DNA from: Chrysomallon squamiferum
Lineage: Eukaryota > Animalia > Mollusca
Assembly (NCBI GenBank): GCA_012295275.1
Contig: CM022665.1
Location: 11,594,001-11,658,000 of the forward strand
Direction of reading: 5' to 3'
DNA length: 64,000 nt
How positions within the stretch are numbered: the stretch's first letter is position 1; every line of letters starts with the position of its first letter. A program made the position numbers and the translations under genes. The notes under the pieces are model-generated. The model searched no databases. It was not told where the DNA came from and saw only the letters and a program-made list of their open reading frames with translations. This document shows, one piece after another, positions 12,701-22,666 of this stretch.

Positions 12701-15700
12701 CAAAACATAATAAAAGTGACTTAAATACTAAAGATATATTATAATTACATACTAGACAAGTCATATTTGTTTGGATACATTTGCTAATCTCCTGGATGTT
12801 TAGCATTTCTTATAAATTCTTCTAATTTGTCTAAGTCAGCTGATATTTTTCTAAGCTGTTGATTTTGAAATTCTCTTTCCTGGCGAAGTTTTATTAAGAG
12901 CAGTCTGTTTTTCTCTATAAGGAATCTGATGTCTGCTGTCTCTTTTTTAATTGTGGCAATGATACTGGAATTTTCTTGACCAAAAATGGAACTGGGTTGT
13001 CTGGACATGAATTCCACTATAATAAACATGGCATCCAGTACACAGATTATCAGCAAAAATTGCCATGTTCCAAACATTCGAAATGTTGTTAGAAGTTCCA
13101 TTGTTAAAGAATTCTGAACCTTTACCACACAAGCCTTGTGATATCTGAAACCCAGTTTTTAGTCTTCAGTAAAAATATAATATTATAGTCATGTATCTTT
13201 TTCTTTTATATAGCTCCTCTTCTCTTCTTTTTTATAGCTTTTCCTTTTATTTAGCTCCTCTTTTCTTCTTATTTATAGCTTTTCCTTTTATTTAGCTCTT
13301 CTTTTCTTCTTTTTTTTTTAGCTTTTCCTTTTATTTAGCTCCTCTTTTCTTTTTTATAGCTTTTCCTTTTATTTAGCTCCTCTTTTCTTCTTATTTATAG
13401 CTTTTCCTTTTATTTAGCTCTTCTTTTCTTCTTTTTTATAGCTTTTCCTTTTATTTAGCTCCTCTTTTCTTCTTTTTTTATAGCTTTTCCTTTTATTTAG
13501 CTCCTTTTTGGCTTCTTTTTCGTCATTTTCAAATGTTTTTCAGTTCAGAGCAAAAAGTTTAATTATTTTTCTTTTTATCACAGAACCTTTGACAGCAGAA
13601 TTTACATAATACACATGTCATCAACTTGTATTATCTTCAGTTTAGGGGCTGCTTTTGTTTTGTTTTTTAAATATTAAAATCCTTTTGAATTCAGATCAAT
13701 GATATATTTTGTTTTCATTTTAGAATGGATGCATATTTGGATACAAAACTATCTCTGATGTCCATTCTGTATCTATATATATACAAGTCAACTGTGTTTA
13801 CAACACTTATTGAAATCTCCCTGGTTTCCAAACTTTGCATTTATGATTTTCATTATCACTTTACTAATTTATACATGCCATGATTAAGTATTTGCTGTAA
13901 TCTATTCATAGCACATGAAAACAAAATGAAATCACTTTCTTTTTCATTCAGAGCAATTTTGTTATATAATAATCAAATACTGAATGATTTTTTTAAAATT
14001 GTGAATTTGTATTTAAAATGGTTTAAGCATTTGTGTTAATTAATTTTTAAAGGCATGTTCAGAAAACAGATTCACACCATTAAACAATAACAACAACAAA
14101 AAAGATTAAGTAAAATAAAAAATACAAATTTTAGAAATCAAGTATGAATTGCCTGTTCATGCATATTTCCTTAATTATTACTCTTTTGCACATTTTAAAC
14201 AGTTATTTAAAACATTCAACAATTTCACACTATTAATGGAAAGAAAGAAAAAAAAATCTTAATTATTAAAGAGTCTTATTCCATTTAATAAACAAGTTTC
14301 AGTTGTCTGTTCATCCATGGTTCTCTAATTTATATGTCTATAACACAATCTGTTTTTCAAAACATATTTAGCAATTACACAATATTTTTTAAGAACAATG
14401 TTTTGGTTTGTTATTTTTAAGAAGTCTTAATCCTTTAATAAATAAATCTGAATTGTCTGTTTATTTGAAGTTCTGCAGTAAAATTTGTATACCAGCAACA
14501 CACTCAATTGTTCAAAACATGTTGACCAAACAATTTCATAATTACTAACAAAAAATAAAAAAACAAAACCCAACAAAAACAAACCCCAAATGTTTTCTAA
14601 CTTTTAAGAAAGTGTTAATCCTTTTAACAAATAAATTTGAATTATCTGTCTGTCCTTTCAAAGTTCTGTAATTATATCTGTATATCAGTTGCATATATTT
14701 AGTTGTTCAAAACATATTGACATTATTAAAGAACACAACTACAACTATTTCTTACTTTTAAGAAAGTCTTAGTTCATCAGATAAATCTGAAATGTCTGTT
14801 CATCTGTAGTTCAGTAACTGTTACTGTTCATGTCTCTTCTAGGATATATTTATGAGAAATGATGTGTATAACCTAACAATTTCACACTAATGAAAATTCT
14901 AACATACCTACAGAAGCTCAGGACATGTTTCTGCTCTCTGCCTATTGAGTTTTACCTCCACTAATAGTGTTCGGTGTCACAGATGTTCAATAAACATATT
15001 TCGCTTGGTGTTGTGTTTAATTTAATGTGTGGTTTTTGATGTTCATGCTGCTTTAATTATAACTATATTTCCAAACATTATATATGTATACACACACATT
15101 CACACAGATATAAATCCCACAAAACCCCAATAATAATAATTGAGATGATTTTGTTCTACATTTTTCAATTTTTCAATTTTTCTTTCTTTTTTCTTTCTTT
15201 CTTTTTCATTTTTTGTTCTTATTTAATACATGTATAAATAATGGTTTAAATATGCTGTTTATTTTGTTAAAATTGACAATTGCATCTATCCAGCTGTTCT
15301 TGTCCATTCTTCATGATTGCATAAGTATTAAATCTGTATTTTATGTAAATGTGCATGTTTTTGTGCATGCATATATATATGCATGTATGTGCATATGAAT
15401 TTGTACATAGGTATAAGCAGGTATCTGTTTATTTGTGAATTTCACAGAAATCATTTAACAAAGATTTATATATACAAACTTTTACTTGAAATACTACCTT
15501 AATACTCATAAATTTATAAAGTGAAAACATACACAGACATGAAAACAAATCAATGTTTATATCTTCAATTATATATAATATAAAATTGTATTTGTGTTTA
15601 TCAGTCAATGCAAAAATATTTTCTGTAGGTAACATCTGGATCAGTGAAAGAATGCCCACTTGAAAAGTGATGATTTCTTGACTCAGTTGTTATAGACTTA

Positions 15701-17711
15701 GCTTTCTCTCATTCTTATTATTTTGCACCAGTTAGTGCTTCTTGGTTGTTTTATATAAATCTATGGTATATTCTCTACTGTCCATGGTAAGGTATATACA
15801 AATGATTCTTGCTGCTATCATATGAGAAAATACTAATGTGTGTTGAAAGTGGATGTCCTCAGATATTTTTCATAAGTCAAATTTTACATGTAATATCTGT
15901 TGATAATAAAATGTTAGGTATCATAAATATTCATTCATTCTTTCATTCCAATTTCATCTTTTATTGTTACTTTATCATGTTTGACAGTTAATAAGCAATG
16001 TTGTTAAAATTTATTAAGATGTCAAAAGATGAATAAAGAAACTAACCATCCATAATACTAAATTAAGGACATTACTAATATACATTCATATAATTTGATT
16101 ACTGATTCATTCAGTGTGGTTTAAAAACTGCCTATAATTGTTACTGATTATATTAATTCATAATGGAGGTTCATTAACAGTTGGTATTTATTAGCACACT
16201 ATTAATATCCTATTAAGACCATGAAATAATTATCTCATGCCTTGTAACTGAGGATAGTGATTAAGGTAATTGTTCAGTTTTACATTTACATATGTTCAGA
16301 CAATTTCAATAGAAGTTAAATGGTTTCACTATCAGACATTTGGTATTATTAATTCTCAGAACTGTTTTTATTTTGTGTTTCTTGGAAGGAGGGAAACTTA
16401 ATTTTTCTGGTTGAAGCCACACACAGAATAGAAATTATAAAAAAAAAAAGTAAAAATAAACGGAAGAATTTTTTTTTAAATTACACACATACTTGTGAAA
16501 AGACACACAGTTTAATAGCAAATACAGTTAATTAAGCAGACTGACATCAGTGCATTTCAACTACAAAATGGATGTTATGGTCATTATATTAAAACAAAAT
16601 TGCAGCTCAAGTTGTACAGATGTATGTGTTTTTGTGTGAAATAAAATCTCACTCCATTATAAAAATAATAATAATAATTAAAAAAAATTAAATGCAGATA
16701 CATTTACACACATATACACATTAAAATAGTATGGTATTTCTGCTCTCTTTCTGTCATTTCTATATACCTCTGTTTCCTTTGCCTCTCTCCCCATCTCACA
16801 CCTTTTCTGTCTCTACCTTTCCTTTTAACTCTCCCCTTTGTTTTATGTCACTGTCTATATCTCTCATTCTATTTCTCTTTCTCTCCCTTTCATTTTCTCT
16901 CTTTTTCAAAATAATTTTTGGTTATATTTTAGATGGAGAATATTATAGGTGGTATAAAAGAAACTAACTTAAAGTTGACACTGGCCTTTGGTATTGGCAT
17001 CCACCATGCAGGATTGGTAGAGAGGGACAGAAAAACAGTTGAGGAATTATTTGTCAACCAAAAGATACAGGTATCATTTGTTTTATTCTTATTATCTACA
17101 TACACAATTGAGACTAGAGTAAAGAAAACATAAACATTTAAAAGACTGTTTTGAAGATATTTTCTTGTTGAATCATATATTAGTAAATAAATGTATAGCA
17201 TTATCAAATGGAACGTGGTTTTTAAAATGGCTATTTATGTATGACGTGAACCAGATAAACCTATTATTTAATTAACAGCAAAAATGTATTGTTTAGGTTC
17301 TGATTGCAACCAGTACTTTAGCTTGGGGAGTAAACTTCCCTGCTCACTTGGTCATCATCAAAGGTACAGAATACTATGATGGGAAAAACAAGAAGATATG
17401 TTGATTTTGCTATAACAGGTAAATAACTTTACTTGTCATAGTGGTGCAAATAAATGGTCTTATAAAATTCTGCTATAGTTCCAATATATTTTTTTTACTG
17501 AAATTATGTAATATTATGAACAGCAGTATTAAGAAGTTTTGAACAGTGTTGAAATCCAACATTCAAATCTAGTAAATTCTATCTATCCAAGACAAGTTTT
17601 GTTTTTTCAGAATATAATTCTGAATTTTTTAATTAAAATTGTTTTTTAAATATTTTGTATTATGAGTAGTAATATTTTCAAATTAAATAAATAAATAAAT
17701 AAATAAATAAA

Positions 17712-17742
<31 letters not shown>

Positions 17743-18604
17743 TAAAATGGTAAAGTAAGGTTTAAATGAATGTTAACCTGAAGACATTATTTCAGTTTAA
17801 CCTACTAGTATTCAGATTGTTAACATAATAAATAAATTTAAAAAAAATTGTATCTATATATATGTATTCTATATATAAATATATAAATAAATATAAAAAA
17901 TGTATTTCTTTCAGAACAATGACATTCATTCATGCTTGGTCAGATTTAATGTCAGAATGATAAATTGTTATTTCATTTTAATTTAAAGTAGGTTTTTTTC
18001 CATTTTTTATTTTTTTTATTTTTATTTTTTTTATAGTTTATGTATAATTAGTCACATTTTAGTTATTTTTCTTGAAAATTATTACTAAGAAAACAACATA
18101 TAAAGTATTTTCTTCAAGTGTGGCAAAACATTAAAAATTTATCACTAGTATGCACAACCTATTTTAACAGCTGTTACTAAAAAAAAAAAAAAAAAAAAAA
18201 AAAAGAAAAAGAAATAAAAGCTACTTAAACATTTGAAGCTGCAAATAAGAATGAAATAATGTCATTGAATAGTGTATTTAAAGCTATGCAGAAGTATAAA
18301 AACAAATCCTGACAGACTGAGTAAATAATATTGTTTCTTTCTGCATCCTCAGGATCTCAAGAATTTCTCATTTTTGTGTTTCTTTGTTTCAAATTTGTCA
18401 TGAAACAAGAAAGATGTTTGTCTCCTTGTGTTCTCATTAGATGTTACATTGTTCTTTAATTTATTATTATTCTCTATTCATTTTTTAATTCTTAATTTAA
18501 TTTAATGTGGTTTTTTTGTTTTTTTTTATATTTGTAACTTATTTTTGCAATAGATTTTGTTAGCATTTTAATTATTTTTAATTTTATTTGTATGTTTATA
18601 CACA

Positions 18605-18698
<94 letters not shown>

Positions 18699-21047
18699 GA
18701 CAGACAGACAGTAACATCCACAGGGTCATTATAAAGTCCTTGTGCATTTTTAAATTTCTATAACTTCTGATAGAATTGATCTGTGAAAAGGATAAGAGAA
18801 AATAACTTTTGGATTTTTAAATATATTTATTGTTCAGATTGCTACTTTTCAACATGTCCTTCGTGAGACAGATGGTGATATTTCCAGAAATAGATTTTAT
18901 AGCTGATTTTCAGTTATACCATAATGACAGTGTTCATGTGAAAATTGTGTATGTATAAAAAATCTATATTACCTATATAAACAGTGATTTTGTTTCTTTG
19001 AAGGATTAAAGAGAAAAGGTTAAATTAGTTCACTTGTAATTTACTTAACAGTTTGTCAATGAATAAAAAAATAATAAAAATAAAACAACAGATGGACATT
19101 AACTGCTTATTTTTAACACAGCTGCATTTTATGTACAAGTCTTAAAAAACATTTTACACTATTTTATTTCTTATTGTTTCATTTCATTTTGACAGGTTTT
19201 TATTGTTTGTTTTTATACAGTTTTATTTATTTATATCAACATGTGATTTAGTGAATGAATGAATTTTGTTTTTATTATTGTTGTTATTGTTAATCTATTT
19301 ATAACATTTTATTTATTATTAATTTATTTAGGCAATTTTATTTCATTGTTTAATTAATATAGGCAATTTTTAAAATGTATTTATGCATTTTTAAAATTTA
19401 CTTCAGCAGTTTCATTTATTTATTTATTTCCTGATATGTATAATTTTTATTTATTTATTTTGTTATTAATTTTCTTAGCAATTTTATTTATTTATTATTT
19501 TCTGCTAATGCAGTTTTGTTTAGTTATTTGTAAAATTTTAATTACACAATTTTTTTTTTTTTTTAATGTTTAGTCATATATTTTATCATTCTATCTAGCT
19601 ATATATAATACTTATTTCACAGTATTTATGTATGTCCATGATATTTAAATTTAAAAAAAAATAAAACGAGCAAGCAAAATTGTATTTTAAAAATTCAGCA
19701 AAGTATATAAATAACATTCTTCACCTCCCAAAGTTGCCTTAAAACCATTTAGAAAGAAAATAACAAATTGACAAGCATTGTAATTGATCTTAAATGGCAT
19801 TTGTATAATTAATCCTTCTTCTAGAACAGAAAACAATTGTTTAACTTTCAAGATAAATCATATAAGTAATATTTATTTATTTACTTACTTGTTTTATTTC
19901 AATTTTATTTTATATTACATTACATTATTTTATAGATTTGATTTGATTTGATTTTTTTAATTTGATTTGTGTAATATTACATTCAATTATTGTCTTATTG
20001 ATTTTACTTTTATTTTTATTATTTTTTCTTTATAATATTACATTATATTACTTTCTTTTATTTTTTTTTATTTAATTATTTATACATTGCTTATCTTGCT
20101 ATTTAATATAATTTATAAAACTGTAATTAATTAATTACAATGAATTATTTCTAATTATATTAGATTATGAGTATTTGTATTATAAGAAATTTAGCTTAAA
20201 ATGTATTTATATTTATTTTATAACAGTTTTCTGTGTTCATATCAGATTGTTGTACTGAACTGACTGTTTAGCTATTACAATTCTACAAATTCAAAAGCAG
20301 AAGAAGAAGGAAAAGGGAATAATGTTGAATTAATAACAATACCTTTGGCCTAAAGATGGTGTACAAATCAAGGACCCATTTTTGCCCATTATAAATTGAA
20401 TAATTACTCAGCATAAGTACATTGTAATATTTATTATGTAATTTTGAATTTACTGAACTGATTTGTACTACCAACAAGTTACTAACTTTCTGACATTAAT
20501 TTTCTACTTTTGAATTAATTTCCAATTTAGCCAGAGCTCCAAAACATGTTTATCCAATATCTTACTGTGTGCTTTCATGCCTGTGACTAAGACAACTGGT
20601 GATAATAATTACATATTTATCTGCATAAACTGCAATAACTGATAAAAGTTAAAATGCATGATAAGATGTTGTTTATTCCAGCATTAAATTTGTTCTTTTA
20701 TTCTGTACCAGTTCTGGTTCTCATACATTAAGGGAGATTACTCTGTTATTACTATTTCTTGCATTGTCATATAATCAGTTGTCTGTATACAATTGCTGGC
20801 ACTTGTGGCACCTTTTCCTAGTGATGATTCAGGTATTTGGTATGTATGAATGTTGCTGCCTAACCAATTCATGATTCAACTTTCAGATGTCTTACAAATG
20901 ATGGGGCGAGCTGGCCGGCCGCAGTTTGATGATCAGGGAAAAGCTGTCATACTTGTACATGACATCAAGAAACATTTTTACAAGAAGTTCCTTTATGAAC
21001 CTTTCCCTGTGGAATCAAAGTAAGTTATTCTGATGCAAATAGATTCT

Positions 21048-21082
<35 letters not shown>

Positions 21083-22666
21083 AGATAAAGTTTTAATTTT
21101 ATTTTTTAATTATAATAATAATAAAAATCAGTAAATTGAATGAAATTTTAGGTTGTAATATTATTTTTAAAAATGCAGTTGTATTAGATTTTGAAATTCA
21201 GTATACTTTCTGTTTATCATTCTTCACTGTTAATATCTTTTTTGAGCTGTTCTAAAACCTGAAGTAACTTTTGAAAATGTATTTATTTATTTTATCTATT
21301 TGAAAGAAAGAAAATTTAAAAAATAATGCTTTGTTTTAAGATTTTAATAATTATTTAACTTAACATTATTTGCATTTCTGTTATGAATGTTATAATTTAT
21401 TTTAACTTTAATTTTGAGATCAGTTATATTTATTCAATCTGATTGATTACGTAATTGTAAACTTAACATAAATTACAGAATAAGTTAATTTCATTCCCAT
21501 TTCTTCTTCATTTTAAAATTGATTTTATATCATTTAAAAATGTTCTGTGATCTGAAGCAGATTAATTTTTTAGCAGTTTTCCTATTATGAAAGTACATTA
21601 TGGTTTGTTGTTTAGCACGTGTTATATTTTTTATTATATATTTTATAAAGATTAATCAAATTTAACCACAACTTAATACAAAATTTTGTCTCCAAATTGT
21701 CTGTTGCTGCTACTTAGCATTAAAAATAAGAATGACAAATGCCACTATAAATTTAAATAAATAATAATAATAAATAAATACAAATAATAAAACTAAAAAG
21801 CAAAAATGTATAAATAAAATGAAATAAAATTTCAAAGTAAAATAAACAGAATACATGAAATTAATATATAATAAATAACAAACATGGCAATAGATTTTTG
21901 TGAACAGTGATTTTTTTTTTTTTTTTTCATTTAACCAATAGGTATGATATAATAAATTTATTGTCTCCAAATTCTCATGACTGCTGTAAATGACAAACAT
22001 TATTGTTTTTAATGTATAGTAATTTTATTTTATTTTATTTTATTTAGCCAAGTATATAATTTAATACATGAAACTCAAGAAATATAGCGTAAAAAATATT
22101 TTGTATAAAATATGGTCTCCAAATTATTTATTTTAATCTGTAAATTGCAAAAGTCTCTTTTTTTTAATTAATTAATTAATTTGTTTTGTTCATTTATTTA
22201 TTTATTGTTCTCTTTCATTTAGCCAAAACAAAAAACACCAAACAAATATAATACACAAAACTAACATGTGATAAATTAATTTTTATAAATAATGTGTTGT
22301 GTATAAAATGATAAATATCTGTAAATGTTTGTGCAGTTCTTTATTTATTATTATTAGTTTCAATTTAGTTGAGTTCATTTTATTTGTTTTGTTGTTTATT
22401 TAATTTATTCGTGTTTTGTTCTGTTTTATTATATATTTCATTTATTTATTTATTTATTTACTTATTTACTTACTTATTCATTAATTTATTTATTTATTTA
22501 TTTATTTATTAAAAAACATTCCATATTATAATTATCTCAGTCTGCTGGAAGTCCTACCAGATCATCTGAATGCTGAGATAGTAGCTGGCACTATCACCTC
22601 AAAGCAAGATGCTATGGACTACATCACGTGGACTTACTTCTTCAGACGTCTTGTTGTCAACCCAAG
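888..22666 (+). CDS. ASCC3: Activating signal cointegrator 1 complex subunit 3 (Ski2-like tandem-cassette helicase), partial; join(888..1064,2091..2316,2701..2855,3206..3304,3829..3997,4545..4765,5326..5411,5855..6021,7842..7987,8439..8559,8845..8987,16933..17070,17297..17418,20887..21019,22541..22666)
   Basis: 15 AG/GT-flanked exons with compatible phases (2229 nt; 2228 = 742 codons + 2 nt once the extra A at 17384-17388 is removed). The spliced protein has [51 protein letters not shown] and [12 protein letters not shown]. Segments such as [15 protein letters not shown] and [14 protein letters not shown] match ASCC3 rather than BRR2/SNRNP200 (recognised from memory). The 5' and 3' ends lie outside the window. 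Confidence 0.96.
2091..2316 (+). CDS. ASCC3: ASCC3 exon: [18 protein letters not shown]...KEMTAHEI(G)
   Basis: ttttag|AAT ... ATAG|gtttgt; 226 nt, phase 0-1. Confidence 0.95.
2365..2560. mobile_element. Decayed interspersed repeat (SINE-like), copy 1
   Basis: Core aaagattccttgctgctgactgaaaaag is shared with copies at ~47460 and (inverted) ~56185; resembles an abundant gastropod SINE from memory, unverified. Confidence 0.45.
2701..2855 (+). CDS. ASCC3: ASCC3 exon: YMIRHVKMG...[24 protein letters not shown]
   Basis: tttcag|GT ... AAG|gtctag; 155 nt, phase 1-0. Confidence 0.95.
3206..3304 (+). CDS. ASCC3: ASCC3 exon: [33 protein letters not shown]
   Basis: tttag|ATT ... CAG|gtaaaa; 99 nt, phase 0-0. 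Confidence 0.95.
3671..3747. repeat. (TG)n microsatellite
   Basis: Directly visible. Confidence 0.95.
3829..3997 (+). CDS. ASCC3: ASCC3 exon: [34 protein letters not shown]...LPERHPPHT
   Basis: tttcag|GTT ... ACAG|gtgaat; 169 nt, phase 0-1. Confidence 0.95.
4035..4260. repeat. Tandem duplication, about 125 bp x2
   Basis: aagatttg..cactgggtaat..tttttagcata.tagaaaagct at ~4035 and ~4161. Confidence 0.8.
4545..4765 (+). CDS. ASCC3: ASCC3 exon with Q motif and Walker A: LLDLQPLP...FNPVQTQ...GAPTGSGKT...YPKYK
   Basis: ttaag|AA ... AAG|gtatgt; 221 nt, phase 1-0. Confidence 0.95.
5326..5411 (+). CDS. ASCC3: ASCC3 exon (motif Ia): [28 protein letters not shown]
   Basis: ttcag|GCT ... AA|gtaagt; 86 nt, phase 0-2. 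Confidence 0.95.
5855..6021 (+). CDS. ASCC3: ASCC3 exon (motifs Ib, II): [11 protein letters not shown]...[14 protein letters not shown]...IDEIHLL
   Basis: atcag|A ... TTAG|gtagat; 167 nt, phase 2-1. Confidence 0.95.
7842..7987 (+). CDS. ASCC3: ASCC3 exon (motif III): [48 protein letters not shown]
   Basis: catag|GT ... CAG|gtaaaa; 146 nt, phase 1-0. Confidence 0.95.
8439..8559 (+). CDS. ASCC3: ASCC3 exon: [40 protein letters not shown]
   Basis: ctaag|GTT ... CAAG|gtgagc; 121 nt, phase 0-1. Confidence 0.95.
8845..8987 (+). CDS. ASCC3: ASCC3 exon (motif IV): [29 protein letters not shown]...WLHMEELE
   Basis: ttcag|CA ... GAA|gtaaga; 143 nt, phase 1-0. Confidence 0.95.
9175..9620. repeat. 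Degenerate minisatellite (tttacttgagatgtagtgtagtagaatg-like)
   Basis: Repeated tacttga/gtagtag motifs at about 25-40 bp spacing. Confidence 0.6.
10857..11830. mobile_element. Degenerate foldback/MITE-like element with long terminal inverted repeats
   Basis: tgctgcagcttgtagctatattatggc (10857) is the reverse complement of gccataatatagctacaagctgcagca (ends 11830). Inner arms also pair: ~11047-11240 with ~11530-11736. No coding capacity. Confidence 0.75.
12784..13101 (-). CDS. Probable nested orphan gene, 105 aa: N-terminal hydrophobic segment plus coiled coil
   Basis: acaATGG Kozak context; acceptor gggtttcag| 43 nt upstream (exon start 13144); protein-like composition with a regular a/d heptad over about 47 residues; AATAAA downstream on the minus strand (e.g. 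12398-12403). Confidence 0.6.
   Translation of the reverse strand: MELLTTFRMFGTWQFLLIICVLDAMFIIVEFMSRQPSSIFGQENSSIIATIKKETADIRFLIEKNRLLLIKLRQEREFQNQQLRKISADLDKLEEFIRNAKHPGD
13205..13510. repeat. Pyrimidine-rich minisatellite, about 41-bp unit, about 7 copies
   Basis: tagcttttccttttatttagctcctcttttcttc repeated. Confidence 0.9.
14270..14810. repeat. Degenerate tandem repeat, about 150-190 bp x4
   Basis: aagtcttaatcc..aaatctgaattgtctgt at ~14271, 14423, 14610 and 14764. Confidence 0.7.
16933..17070 (+). CDS. ASCC3: ASCC3 exon: [46 protein letters not shown]
   Basis: tttag|ATG ... CAG|gtatca; 138 nt, phase 0-0; HHAGL motif. Confidence 0.95.
17297..17418 (+). CDS. ASCC3: ASCC3 exon (motif V) containing an apparent +1 A frameshift: [40 protein letters not shown]
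   Basis: tttag|GTT ... ACAG|gtaaat; 122 nt where the phases require 121; GGG AAAAA CA at 17381-17390. Confidence 0.93.
18601..18710. repeat. (CA)n + (GACA)n microsatellite
   Basis: Directly visible. Confidence 0.95.
20887..21019 (+). CDS. ASCC3: ASCC3 exon (motif VI): [43 protein letters not shown]
   Basis: ttcag|AT ... AA|gtaagt; 133 nt, phase 1-2. Confidence 0.95.
22541..22666 (+). CDS. ASCC3: ASCC3 exon (winged helix): [41 protein letters not shown](S)
   Basis: ctcag|T ... AG|gtaagt; 126 nt, phase 2-2. Confidence 0.95.

Noticed and set aside
12830-12960. Possible ELH/CRH-type neuropeptide within the orphan ORF (KK...RK bounded helix)
   Set aside because: No Gly amidation signal, no KR sites and no LSI(D/N) start; a coiled coil explains it better.
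17071-17080. Donor GTATCATTT resembling the U12 5' splice site GTATCCTTT
   Set aside because: Mismatch at the key +6 C and no TCCTTAAC branch point before 17297; treated as U2-type.
20822-20832. Possible 11-nt microexon (cctag|TGATGATTCAG|gtattt) or snoRNA C box
   Set aside because: It would shift the frame, leaves only a 54-nt intron and cannot rescue the upstream stop. There is no D box or terminal stem for a snoRNA.
888-22666. BRR2/SNRNP200 as an alternative identity; ASCC3 pseudogene
   Set aside because: The sequence matches ASCC3-specific segments with a canonical DEIH in the second cassette. There is only one lesion in about 742 well-conserved codons, and all splice sites are intact.
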